Shown: positions 26,282-35,167, counted from the first letter of the stretch. The stretch: DNA of 64,000 nt from an uncultured Thermoplasmatales archaeon (GCA_964505085.1 CAZDGP010000002.1:32421-96420); one strand, 5' to 3'. A program made the numbers and translations. The notes: generated by a model not told the origin, from the sequence alone.

Positions 26282-27814
26282 ATGTCCTCCAACGCCCAAG
26301 GCATCCTCGACGCGCTGAACCTGAGCCCCGACGAGCCCGGAGCCTACGACGGCGACGCGTGGTTCGGGAGCGGTGACACCCTCCCCGTCCACACCCCCAT
26401 CGACGGGTCCGAGATCGCCACCGTCCAGATGGCCAACGGGTCCGACTACGACCGCGTGGTGGAGGCCGCTCGAGCGAGCTTCGAGGCCTGGCGCACGGTG
26501 CCCGCACCCGAGCGCGGCAAGGTGGTGCGGGACATCGGCGTGGCCCTCCGGGAGCACCAGGACGCCCTCGGGGACCTCGTGACCCTCGAGATGGGGAAGA
26601 TCCGCGAGGAGGGCTGGGGCGAGGTGCAGGAGGCGGTGGACATCGCGGAGTTCGCCACGGGCCTCAGCCGCCAACTCTACGGGAAGCAGATGGTGAGCGA
26701 GCGCCCCGACCACCGCCTCTACGAGCAGTGGCACCCCCTGGGCGTCGTGGGCATCATCACCGCCTTCAACTTCCCCGTGGCCGTGTGGGCGTGGAACAGC
26801 TTCATCGCCGCCGTCTGCGGGGACACGTGCGTCTGGAAACCCAGCGAGCTTACGCCCCTCACGAGCATCGCCACCACGCGCATCTGCAACGACGTGGTGC
26901 GGGACCACGGCCACGACCCCATCTTCTTCCTCACGGTGGGACGCGGCCAGGACGTGGGGGACCGCCTCGCTCGGGACGAGCGCATGGACCTCGTGAGCGC
27001 CACCGGCAGCATCCCCATGGGGTACAAGGTGTACGAGAACGTGGCGAAGCGCATGGGGAAGGTCATCCTGGAGCTTGGGGGGAACAACGGCATCATCGTC
27101 ACCGAGCACGCCGACCTGGACCTCGCCCAGCGCGCCATCACCTTCGCCGGCGCCGGCACCACGGGGCAACGCTGCACCACGAGCCGCCGCATCATCGCCC
27201 ACAGCGCCATCGTGGACGAGCTGCAGGAACGCCTCGTAAGCGCCTACGAGCAGGTGCCCGTGGGGAACCCCCTGGAGGAGGGCACCCTCATGGGGCCCCT
27301 CGTCCACGAGCAGGCCGCCGACGCCTTCGAGGAGGCCGTGCGCACCGTGAAGAAGCAGGGTGGCACCATCGTCACGGGCGGCGAGCGCCGTCACGACCTG
27401 GGCCCGAACTACGTGGAGCCCACCATCGCCCGCGTCCCCGAGAGCCTGGAGCTCCTCAAGGAGGAGACCTTCGCCCCGCTCCTCTACCTCATCGAGTACG
27501 ACGGCAGCGTCGACGAGGCCATCACCATCAACAACAGCGTCCCCCAGGGCCTAAGCAGCGCCATCTTCACGGAGAACCTCAAGCAGGCGGAGCGGTTCCT
27601 GAGCGCCCAGGGAAGCGACTGCGGCATCGCCAACGTCAACATCGGCACCAGCGGCGCCGAGATCGGCGGCGCCTTCGGCGGCGAGAAGGACACCGGCGGC
27701 GGCCGCGAGGCCGGCAGCGACAGCTGGAAGCAGTACATGCGCCGCCAGACCGTCACCATCAACTACGGGGAGGAGCTGCCGCTTAGCCAGGGGATCGACT
27801 TCGGGGTGGAGTGA
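26282..27814 (+). CDS. Aldehyde dehydrogenase, ALDH7 (alpha-aminoadipic/piperideine-6-carboxylate semialdehyde dehydrogenase)-like.
   Basis: ELGGNNGIIV, catalytic GQRCTTSRR and ETFAPLLYLIEYDG..AITINNSVPQGLSSAIFT, which is typical of the ALDH7 family. ATG at 26282. Confidence 0.9.
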   Translation: MSSNAQGILDALNLSPDEPGAYDGDAWFGSGDTLPVHTPIDGSEIATVQMANGSDYDRVVEAARASFEAWRTVPAPERGKVVRDIGVALREHQDALGDLVTLEMGKIREEGWGEVQEAVDIAEFATGLSRQLYGKQMVSERPDHRLYEQWHPLGVVGIITAFNFPVAVWAWNSFIAAVCGDTCVWKPSELTPLTSIATTRICNDVVRDHGHDPIFFLTVGRGQDVGDRLARDERMDLVSATGSIPMGYKVYENVAKRMGKVILELGGNNGIIVTEHADLDLAQRAITFAGAGTTGQRCTTSRRIIAHSAIVDELQERLVSAYEQVPVGNPLEEGTLMGPLVHEQAADAFEEAVRTVKKQGGTIVTGGERRHDLGPNYVEPTIARVPESLELLKEETFAPLLYLIEYDGSVDEAITINNSVPQGLSSAIFTENLKQAERFLSAQGSDCGIANVNIGTSGAEIGGAFGGEKDTGGGREAGSDSWKQYMRRQTVTINYGEELPLSQGIDFGVE

Positions 27815-28109
27815 AGGGTTCCGGGGCGCGCGGCGCCTTGGGAACCTGTTCGCCGGTGCTCCTCGACGCATGGGGCCACTAGCGGAGATGACCGTAAGAC
27901 GCACCTTGAGCGGCTTCGCGCTGGAGGGTTGAAGCTCCCACCAAGGCTGGCTACCACGTCGCTCCAGCGGGCGCCGCTGCGCGGCGCCGGTGAGCTCCAC
28001 CGTTACCCTCCTCCCGCCGTCCGCGCGCGAGACCACTTCGTGACCCAACGCCGACGGCCTCATCACCTCCGACCGAAGCATCGATCGGCGGATGACTGGT
28101 GGCGACGCG

Positions 28110-28589
28110 TCACCCCCCCTTCGCCTTCCGCCGGAGGATCATCGTGTCCTCATCGAGAACCTGCACTTCGAGGGCGTCTTGGTTCGTGAGGTTCATGACG
28201 CGGACGATGTCCTTGGGCCAGTAGGTTCCCAGGTTCCGTCCGGAGACGTTCGTGACCTTCGCCTGGTAGTCTGCGACGTGGTCGTCCGGCCGGGTCTCCT
28301 CCAAGGCCAGCTCCTCGTAGGCTTCCAGGAACTCTGCTCCGCAGTGCTTGCATCGGGCGCCGTGGAGGTGGTGGTGGACGAGGGCCATGGCGCCGACGAT
28401 CGTCTCGCGGATGATGTCGTCTCGGCTTTCGAGCTGTCGTTCCTCGCAGACGGGGCACTTTCGGGTCGTCCCGGGGGGGAAGGCACGGGGTTGGTCCTGC
28501 ATGAGGTGGGTGCGCAGCTCGTGCACCGCCGTCATCCACGCCTGGGGCGTGGGGAAGACGGTTTCGGGGTCGTTGCCGTTGTCGGTCAT
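28110..28589 (-). CDS. Zinc-ribbon protein with a C-terminal AbrB/MazE/SpoVT-like swapped-hairpin DNA-binding domain (putative transcription regulator or antitoxin).
   Basis: CPVCEE..CKHCG ribbon. The C-terminus VTNVSGRNLGTYWPKDIVRVMNLTNQDALEVQVLDEDTMILRRK is AbrB/MazE-like. Internal ATG start (MTDNGND..). Confidence 0.55.
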   Translation of the reverse strand: MTDNGNDPETVFPTPQAWMTAVHELRTHLMQDQPRAFPPGTTRKCPVCEERQLESRDDIIRETIVGAMALVHHHLHGARCKHCGAEFLEAYEELALEETRPDDHVADYQAKVTNVSGRNLGTYWPKDIVRVMNLTNQDALEVQVLDEDTMILRRKAKGG

Positions 28590-28594
28590 GGGGA

Positions 28595-28885
28595 TCACAC
28601 GTGGTACGCGGTCACGACGAGCAGGAGCCGGCCCTCCTCGTCCTCGTGGAGGTCGAGGTCCACCCGGAGGCGGCGCCGGTGCGGCAGGTTCGCCAGGGCG
28701 TACCATCCCCGCGGGTGCAGGAGCGATCCGTCCTCACGGGCCCGTTCGTCCTTGGCGACGTGGTAGCACCGCTCGAGAGCGGTGAGGATCTCGGCGAAGC
28801 CGATGCCCCGCTTGCCCGGGTGGTAGTTCGGCGCCTTGATGACGCGGCCCCGGCGAACCAGTTGGTGGACGTCACGAACCTTCAT
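28595..28885 (-). CDS. Small hypothetical protein (96 aa), first gene of a two-gene operon with 28110-28589.
   Basis: MKVRDVHQLVRRGRVIKAPNYHPGKRGIGF..GRLLLVVTAYHV, possibly toxin-like; no confident family. Promoter with operators lies directly upstream. Confidence 0.45.
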   Translation of the reverse strand: MKVRDVHQLVRRGRVIKAPNYHPGKRGIGFAEILTALERCYHVAKDERAREDGSLLHPRGWYALANLPHRRRLRVDLDLHEDEEGRLLLVVTAYHV

Positions 28886-28910
28886 GGGAAGCGGCACCGC
28901 ATCAGGCTGT

Positions 28911-28959
28911 TTACGTGTAATGCACGTGTAGTATAAAGGATTTTACGTGTCTTGCACGT
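28911..28959. promoter_or_regulatory. Bidirectional AT-rich TATA (GTATAAAGGA, 28931-28940) flanked symmetrically by two operator-like inverted repeats.
   Basis: Left repeat TTACGTGTAATGCACGT (28911-28927) and right repeat TTACGTGTCTTGCACGT (28943-28959). Each sits between the TATA and the predicted TSS of the minus operon and the plus ncRNA candidate respectively. Confidence 0.5.
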
Positions 28960-28963
28960 AACT

Positions 28964-29335
28964 GGGGGCTATGGGGGGTGGGGAACGGGCATCCGCCAAG
29001 CCCTTGTCATGGGGCCCGACATCATGTGGCAGCGGAACAACGTGTCGGAGGGGGGTGGCGGAACGTACCCGCGAGCTTGGGGAACGCAGCTCATCGCGAC
29101 AGGGCCCGTACGGCGGCCCTACGTGGGTCGTGGGCACGCATCACGGCGCAGAGGGCGTGGCAGGGTCGCGGGAGGACCGGTGGGTGAGAGGTTGTGCCGC
29201 GGGGTAGCGCTCTCAGCGGTCGGTCCAAGCTACCTCCCCCTGGCGTCCGGACGGCCGGTGGAACGCGGAACCGGTATCAGGGAGCAACCTCTTCCTAGGT
29301 TACGATCCGTTCCACCCGATGCGCTGGGGGCCTGC
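28964..29335 (+). ncRNA. Candidate structured ncRNA of about 350 nt (identity uncertain; possibly SRP/7S RNA or another stable RNA).
   Basis: 430 nt with no plausible ORF. It starts with G-runs (GGGGGCUAUGGGGGG) about 25 nt after the TATAAA. Long-range complementarity between 28985-28994 GGGGAACGG and 29302-29312 CCGUUCCACCC. Contains GGGAGCAAC, which resembles the SRP helix-8 G(G/A)AGCA motif. Confidence 0.3.
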
Positions 29336-29380
29336 AGCATGCGTCGCGCTTGGCCGTGAGCCTTCGTCGGGTGTGGAAGG

Positions 29381-29704
29381 GTGCGGGAGGAGCACGGCAT
29401 GACCGAGCAGGTGTACACGTTGGGCGAGTGGCATGTCAAGGAGGGCCGGCAGGAGGGGTTCATCGCGGCGTGGAAGGCGCTGGGGGAGGTCTTCGGCGAC
29501 CTGGAGGAGCCGCCGGGGAGGGGCACGCTCGTGCAGAGCGCGTCGGACCCGCTCCTCTTCTACTCCTGGGGTCCGTGGCCGAGCATGGAGGCCGTGGAGG
29601 CCATGCGGGAGGACCCGCGGGCTCAGGAGGGCATCGGGGAGATCGTGGCACATTGCACGGAGGCGACGCCGGGGGCGTTCCGTGTGGTGGCGGAGTCACC
29701 TTAG
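29381..29704 (+). CDS. Antibiotic-biosynthesis-monooxygenase (ABM)/Dabb-like small protein.
   Basis: 107 aa. ..VYTLGEWHVKEGRQEGFIAAWKALGE..LLFYSWGPWPSMEAVEAMRE fits the ABM fold pattern. Confidence 0.65.
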   Translation: MREEHGMTEQVYTLGEWHVKEGRQEGFIAAWKALGEVFGDLEEPPGRGTLVQSASDPLLFYSWGPWPSMEAVEAMREDPRAQEGIGEIVAHCTEATPGAFRVVAESP

Positions 29705-29843
29705 CGGGGGCATGGAGGGGGTCGGTCGGTGGGGGTGGGCCGCCGTCGGCGCGTGCGACCCCTCTTCTTTTGCTGTACGTGGGCCCCATGGGGGCATCGT
29801 CCCCGCGCCCCGCGCAGGGTGAAAACGCCCCTCCCGCCGAACC

Positions 29844-29858
29844 CGAAACGCTTTATAC
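29844..29858 (+). promoter_or_regulatory. BRE (CGAAACG) plus TATA (CTTTATAC) 29 nt upstream of ATG 29887 (leaderless).
   Basis: Classic archaeal TTTATA box. Confidence 0.45.
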
Positions 29859-29886
29859 GACGCAGGGATGACACCCTTTACGAACC

Positions 29887-30561
29887 ATGAGCTCCGCCGT
29901 CGAGGGGTTCACCGTCACCGGCACCTGGGAGGACGTGGTGGAGCACGGGGAACGCGTGAGCTACGCGCTCCAGCAGGTGGGCGCCACCAACGGCAACGCG
30001 CCCTCCGGGTTGAACGAGGACGAGGCGTGGCAGCTCTTCACCCAGTGGGAGGAGTGGCGCCCCAAGCGGGAGGAGGAGCTCGACGACGAGATGGACCAGA
30101 AGACCGCCGAGCAGGCGAGCATCGGCGAGGGGGAAGGCGAGCGGAAGGGTCGGGAGCCCCAGGAGGACATGCAGCGCGCGGGGGAGCGCTTCACCAGCGG
30201 CCTCCGGGAGTCCAACGGGGACCTGAACACCCTGGTGGGGAAGTTCACGGAGTCCACGAGCTACGTGGCCCGCGCCCTGGACAGCGTGGGTCGACGCATG
30301 CTCCGCTCCCTCGAGGAGGTCATCTACCGCCGCGTCATGACCCGCATCGCACCCTACTACTTCGACAACCCCCTCGTGAGCGCGAGCATCCACCGGGAGA
30401 ACGGCGGCAGGCCCCAGCCTGCGCCGGGGACCAACGAACCCAACGCCGACGAGATGGACGAGGACCCCGACGAGATGTTCGTCCTCGAGGTGCACGTCCA
30501 CGACGACGACCTCAAGGACGCGGTGGACAGGCACCTCCACGGCGAGGACGCCACCGCGTGA
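29887..30561 (+). CDS. Acidic hypothetical protein; possibly the Pit accessory protein (DUF47/PhoU-like) given its position before the PiT permease.
   Basis: 224 aa, helical/acidic composition, immediately upstream of the PiT gene. No motif-level proof. Confidence 0.55.
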   Translation: MSSAVEGFTVTGTWEDVVEHGERVSYALQQVGATNGNAPSGLNEDEAWQLFTQWEEWRPKREEELDDEMDQKTAEQASIGEGEGERKGREPQEDMQRAGERFTSGLRESNGDLNTLVGKFTESTSYVARALDSVGRRMLRSLEEVIYRRVMTRIAPYYFDNPLVSASIHRENGGRPQPAPGTNEPNADEMDEDPDEMFVLEVHVHDDDLKDAVDRHLHGEDATA

Positions 30562-30602
30562 CACCGATGGCTTGAAACCTCCTCAGGACCAGGCGGCTAC
30601 CC

Positions 30603-31784
30603 ATGGTGGACCCCGGAAGCTTCGCGGTGCTCGCCCTGGCGGGCCTGGCAGGCCTCTTCATGGCCTGGGCCATCGGCGCCGGCTCCAGCGGCTCCACACC
30701 CTTCGCGCCGGCCGTGGGCGCCAACGCCGTGGGCATCCTCCGCGCCGCCCTCGTGGTGGGGATCCTTGGGTTCGCGGGGGCGGTGATGCAGGGCGCCAAC
30801 GTCACCGAGGCCGTGGGCCGCGAGCTCGTGGCCGGCGCAGGCCTCACCCCCGGCGCCGCCGCCGTGGTGCTCCTCACCAGCAGCGTCCTCGTGGCCCTGG
30901 GCGTCTTCGCTGGGGTGCCCGTGGCCACCGCCTTCGCCGTCACGGGGGCCGTCGTCGGCGCCGGCGTGGCCCTGGGCGGCACCCCGAACTGGGCGAAGCT
31001 CGGGCAGATAGGCGCCATGTGGGTCCTCGTCCCCCCCGTGGGAGGCATCGCCGGGTACCTCACCGCCAGGCTACTGCGGGCCGAGCACGTGCCGGAGCGC
31101 GCGGTGCTCCCCATCCTGGGAGCCCTGGTGGGCGGGGTGCTCGCCCACGTGCGCCTGGCGCCTCTTGGTCCCGACACCGACTCCGCGAGCATCGCCGAGG
31201 TGGCCTCCGCCCAAGCCTCCACGTCGCTCCTCGCGACCTCCGCGGCCGCCACGGTCCTCATGGCGGCGGCAGGCGCGGTCCTCGTGTGGTGGGGGGCACG
31301 CCGCGACGCCGAGCGGGGTCAGCGAAGGTTCCTCCTGGCGCTTGGGGGTCTCGTGGCCTTCAGCGCCGGCGCGAGCCAGGTGGGCCTCGCCATCGGGCCG
31401 TTGCTTCCCCTCGTGGAGCCCCTGGGCGTCCCCCTCGAGTGGGTCCTCACCCTGGGGGGTCTCGGGCTCCTGGCGGGGTCATGGACGGGGGCGCCGCGCC
31501 TCATCAAGAGCCTCGCCCGGGACTTCGCGAGCCTGGGGCCCCGCCGGGGCATCGGGGCGCTCATCCCCGCGTTCCTCCTCGCTCAGACCGCGGTGCTCTT
31601 CGGCGTGCCGGTGAGCTTCAACGAGATCATGGTGAGCGCCATCGTGGGAAGCGGCCTCGCCGCCGGCACGGCGGGTGTGAGCGGTCGGAAGATGGGGGTG
31701 ACGGTGGCAGCCTGGGTGGGAAGCTTCGTCCTGGCCCTCGTCGTGTGCTACGTCCTCGTGTGGCTCATGACGCTGTGGGTGTGA
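30603..31784 (+). CDS. Inorganic phosphate/sulfate permease, PiT (PHO4) family.
   Basis: Two internal repeats. The C-terminal SFNEIMVSAIVGSGLAAG..VAAWVGSFVLALVV is typical of PiT. About 10 TM helices. Confidence 0.8.
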   Translation: MVDPGSFAVLALAGLAGLFMAWAIGAGSSGSTPFAPAVGANAVGILRAALVVGILGFAGAVMQGANVTEAVGRELVAGAGLTPGAAAVVLLTSSVLVALGVFAGVPVATAFAVTGAVVGAGVALGGTPNWAKLGQIGAMWVLVPPVGGIAGYLTARLLRAEHVPERAVLPILGALVGGVLAHVRLAPLGPDTDSASIAEVASAQASTSLLATSAAATVLMAAAGAVLVWWGARRDAERGQRRFLLALGGLVAFSAGASQVGLAIGPLLPLVEPLGVPLEWVLTLGGLGLLAGSWTGAPRLIKSLARDFASLGPRRGIGALIPAFLLAQTAVLFGVPVSFNEIMVSAIVGSGLAAGTAGVSGRKMGVTVAAWVGSFVLALVVCYVLVWLMTLWV

Positions 31785-31847
31785 CGCGGTCAAGATGAGA
31801 GAAGAGGAACGGGGGAGAAGGGGCGTTGTGGCCCGTGGCGTGGAGCC

Positions 31848-33065
31848 TCACTCACCCACGAGCTTCAGCACCTGCACGTCGCTGGCGCCGGTGTACACGT
31901 AGCCCTCGTGGTACCGGGCGTCCCACACGCTCGTGGCGGGCTCGGCGATGTCCAGGATCCGGGGCTCGCTGGGGTCGTCGAAGTTCACCATCATGGTGCC
32001 ACCCTCGTACCATCCCATGACGAGGACGTTGCGGTCGTCGATGACGTCGCCGAAGTGGCTGCCGCAGTTCGCCCGGGGACCGTCCTCGGGCGTGGGGCGC
32101 TGGATGTGGCTCATCTGCTTGGGGTTCTCGGGGTCGCTGATGTCGTAGAACCACGCCGCCGCCGTGGGCGTCTGCAGGGTCGTGACGCCCGCGTCCTCGC
32201 GGAAGCAGTTCGGGGCGATGAACTCGTCGTTGAGGATGAGCACGTCACCCTCGGTGTTGGTCACGGCCTGGTGGTGGTACCAGATGCGGGGGTCGTCGAT
32301 GAGGCTCAACCACTCGGGGTCCTTGGGGTCCTCGCTGATGTCCCAGATGAAGCTCTCGCCGCCGCCCTCGCCGTAGCGGCTGCCGCCGCCGGCGCAGAAG
32401 GCGAGGCCCATGTCCTCCCGCACGGTGATGTCGTGGCACCCGTTGCTCGTGACGGCCACGCCGTCCACGGTGGCGGGGATGGGGAACTCGAAGAGCTCAG
32501 GGTCCTCGGGGTTCGCGGCGTCGAGGCCGTAGATGGCGTCGCCGGCGCCGCTGTTGTAGATGATGCTCGTGCCCTCCACCACGGCCACGTTGTGGGCGGT
32601 GGTGCCGCCGGGGAGCTTGGTGGTGCTCAGGAGCTTCGGGGCCGTGGGGTCGGTGGCGTCCACGAGGTGGATGCCGTCGCTGGAGCCGCCGAGCACGGCG
32701 ATGCGCTGCCCGCCCTCGAGGTGCAGGACGTCGACGTCCCGGGCGTACACGTCGCCCAGGGTACTGAGCGTCTGGGGGTTGGCGGGGTCGGTGATGTTGG
32801 CGATGGTGAGGCCGCCACCGAGGCTCGTGGCGAAGAGGAGATCCGCCTCCTCGTCGAACCAGATCCCGGAGCCGCCGCTTGCCTCGGTCTCGAGCACCGC
32901 GGCCTCCTCGAACCCGGTGATGATGTCCGGGAGCATCGCGGCGGTGGCATCCGCGAGGTCGTCGACGTTCTGCTGGTCGAGGGAACCGTCCTCCACGGGC
33001 TGGACGCATCCCGCCAGGAGGCTCCCCAGGATGAGGACCGATGCTACGAGGGCCGTGCTACGCAT
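31848..33065 (-). CDS. Secreted lipoprotein with a beta-propeller (LVIVD-repeat-like) domain.
   Basis: Signal peptide plus lipobox LLAGC. Repeated ..G.A.DV.V.G.. blades. 405 aa. Confidence 0.75.
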   Translation of the reverse strand: MRSTALVASVLILGSLLAGCVQPVEDGSLDQQNVDDLADATAAMLPDIITGFEEAAVLETEASGGSGIWFDEEADLLFATSLGGGLTIANITDPANPQTLSTLGDVYARDVDVLHLEGGQRIAVLGGSSDGIHLVDATDPTAPKLLSTTKLPGGTTAHNVAVVEGTSIIYNSGAGDAIYGLDAANPEDPELFEFPIPATVDGVAVTSNGCHDITVREDMGLAFCAGGGSRYGEGGGESFIWDISEDPKDPEWLSLIDDPRIWYHHQAVTNTEGDVLILNDEFIAPNCFREDAGVTTLQTPTAAAWFYDISDPENPKQMSHIQRPTPEDGPRANCGSHFGDVIDDRNVLVMGWYEGGTMMVNFDDPSEPRILDIAEPATSVWDARYHEGYVYTGASDVQVLKLVGE

Positions 33066-33087
33066 AGGGGCGCGAGTCGATCCAGCA

Positions 33088-33105
33088 ACTTAAAGGGTTT
33101 CTTGT
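33088..33105 (-). promoter_or_regulatory. BRE/TATA (minus-strand ACAAGAAACCCTTTAAGT) for the lipoprotein gene.
   Basis: Same extended motif as at the two carboxypeptidase genes. Confidence 0.45.
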
Positions 33106-33204
33106 ACACGCGTCGTCGGGGCGGTGCGAGGGGGACACGAAGAGAGCGTCACGATAGCTTTGAAGTGCCGGGGGAAGGATGGGGCGACCTGGAGGCAGTG
33201 CAAC

Positions 33205-33615
33205 ATGAAGGCAACCAAGATCATCATCGCGTGCATGCTCGTGCTGGCGTTCGGAGCGGTCCCCGCCCTGGGCGCCGACGCGAGCGCCAGCGTGAGCGGA
33301 CAGTGCTACGCCGACGACGACCACGAGACCGGCGGCGAGGGCAGCGTCGGAGCCGACAGCGACGGGAACACCGACCTCGTGGACGTCGAGGAGACCCAGA
33401 GCATCGCCGAGGCCCTCGCCACCTTCGGTCAGGGCGCCGCCGAGGAGATCGCCGCGGGCAACCCCGGTGGCGACGCCTGCGACAACACCGACGATGACGA
33501 CAACGACGGCACGGAGGAGGACGAGGACGGACTCGGTGGCAGTGCGCATGTTGCCGGGTACTCCGTCGAGGCGTGCTACGACAACGAGGGCCTGCACGCT
33601 CCCGGCTCCTGCTGA
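33205..33615 (+). CDS. Small secreted acidic protein (signal peptide, 4 Cys, Asp/Glu-rich).
   Basis: MKATKIIIACMLVLAFGAVPALGADA signal peptide. GGAGG 10 nt upstream of ATG 33205. Confidence 0.65.
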   Translation: MKATKIIIACMLVLAFGAVPALGADASASVSGQCYADDDHETGGEGSVGADSDGNTDLVDVEETQSIAEALATFGQGAAEEIAAGNPGGDACDNTDDDDNDGTEEDEDGLGGSAHVAGYSVEACYDNEGLHAPGSC

Positions 33616-33620
33616 ACCGA

Positions 33621-33670
33621 CCCCCTCCCTTCCCCCCGTCCCCCTTCTTCCCCCCGTCCCCATCCTCCGT
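33621..33670 (+). terminator. 50-nt polypyrimidine (C/T) tract immediately downstream of the stop codon; putative archaeal terminator.
   Basis: ccccctcccttccccccgtcccccttcttccccccgtccccatcctcc. A similar sense-strand CT tract follows EF-2 at 46606-46656. Confidence 0.3.
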
Positions 33671-33730
33671 CGTTTGCGAACCCCTTATGAAGCGTGGACC
33701 CCTAAGAGGGTTCGGAGCCGTGGCGCCACC

Positions 33731-35086
33731 ATGAACCCCAACGTCCGCGAGGAGTTCCCCGTGCTCGAGACGAAGCTCACGAGCGCCGTGACGGGGGAGA
33801 CGATGCCCCTCACGTACCTCGATCACGCGGCGAGCACCCACGCGCCCCGGAGCGTCCTCGAGGAGCACCAGCGCTTCCTGAGCGAGGCCTACGCCAACGT
33901 GCACCGTGGCGCCCACCACCTGAGCATCGTGAGCACCGAGACCTTCGAGGACGTGCGCTGGAAGGTGGCGGCCTTCGTGGGCGCCCCGGACCACCACGAG
34001 GTCGTCTTCACCGCCAACACCACGGAGGCCCTCAACGTCGCCGCCCACCTCCTCGCCCACGAGGAGGGCGAGACCCTCGTCACGCTCCTCGAGCACCACA
34101 GCAACGACCTCCCCCACCGGGCACGGGGCCCCGTGACCCACGTGGACTGCCTCGACACGGGGGAGCTTGACCTCGAGGACCTCGAGACGAAGCTCCGCAC
34201 CCGGGACGTGAAGCTCCTGGCCGTGAGCGCCGCCAGCAACGTCACCGGCATCCGCCCGCCCCTGGACGCGGTGGTGGAGATGGCCCACGACGCCGGCGCC
34301 CGCGTCCTCGTGGACGGCGCCCAGGCCCTCGCCCACACGCCGCTGGACATCCAGAACCTGGGCGATGGCGGCCCGGACCTCTTCGCCGCCCCTGGTCACA
34401 AGGCCTACGCCCCCATGGGCTCGAGCTTCCTCACCGCCGACCCGGAGCTCCTGGACGCCGCACCGCCCTTCCGGCCCGGCGGGGGTACGGTGAAGCTCGT
34501 GAGCCGCGACGACGTCACCTGGGTCACGGGGGCTGAACGCCACGAGGGCGGCACCCCCAACGTGGCCGGTGTGGCGGCTCTGGGCGCTGCCCTGGACTTC
34601 CTCCGGAACCAGCACATGGACGAGGTGCGGGCCCACGAGCGCGAGCTCCTCACGCACCTCCACGCGGGTCTCCGGGGCATCGAGGGTGTGGAGGTCTACG
34701 GGGAGGTGGAGCCCGAGGACCGCGTGGGTGTTGCCACCTTCAACGTGGAGGGCGTGCCCCACGCCCTCGCCAGCACGATCCTGGACAACGAGTTCGGCAT
34801 CGCCACCCGCAACGGGTGCTTCTGCGCCCATCCCTACCTCGTGCGCCTCATGGACATGGGGGACGAGGTGGAGCCTCTGAGGGAGCGCCTCCGGCAGGGT
34901 GCGTCCACCCGGGACCCGGACTTCCCGGGCGCCGTGCGGGCGAGCCTCGGCATCTACAACGGGGAGGAGGAGGTCGAACGCCTCCTGGGAGCCGTGGAGG
35001 TCCTCGCGGACCGTGCGTGGCGGGGGTCCTACACCTTCGATGAGGAGCGGAAGGCGTGGCGCGCGTCCAAGACGCCCCCCGCGTAA
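33731..35086 (+). CDS. Cysteine desulfurase/aminotransferase class V (SufS/CsdA-like).
   Basis: TYLDHAASTHAP..ANVHRGAHHLS..SAASNVTGIRPP..APGHKAYAPMGSSFL..ATRNGCFCAHP (PLP-Lys and active-site Cys motifs). Confidence 0.9.
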   Translation: MNPNVREEFPVLETKLTSAVTGETMPLTYLDHAASTHAPRSVLEEHQRFLSEAYANVHRGAHHLSIVSTETFEDVRWKVAAFVGAPDHHEVVFTANTTEALNVAAHLLAHEEGETLVTLLEHHSNDLPHRARGPVTHVDCLDTGELDLEDLETKLRTRDVKLLAVSAASNVTGIRPPLDAVVEMAHDAGARVLVDGAQALAHTPLDIQNLGDGGPDLFAAPGHKAYAPMGSSFLTADPELLDAAPPFRPGGGTVKLVSRDDVTWVTGAERHEGGTPNVAGVAALGAALDFLRNQHMDEVRAHERELLTHLHAGLRGIEGVEVYGEVEPEDRVGVATFNVEGVPHALASTILDNEFGIATRNGCFCAHPYLVRLMDMGDEVEPLRERLRQGASTRDPDFPGAVRASLGIYNGEEEVERLLGAVEVLADRAWRGSYTFDEERKAWRASKTPPA

Positions 35087-35167
35087 GGGGGGTGTCAACG
35101 GCCTAGGTGTTCCGCCCTGGGGGTTAAGTACCCCTGGTACCTATTGTCATGGGATGAGGCGGGCCAC

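Noticed and set aside
28952-29359. 135-aa ORF (MHVTGGYGGWGTG...) in the ncRNA candidate region.
   Set aside because: Gly/Arg-rich low-complexity translation with no start context. The region shows RNA-like long-range complementarity and has its own TATA box.
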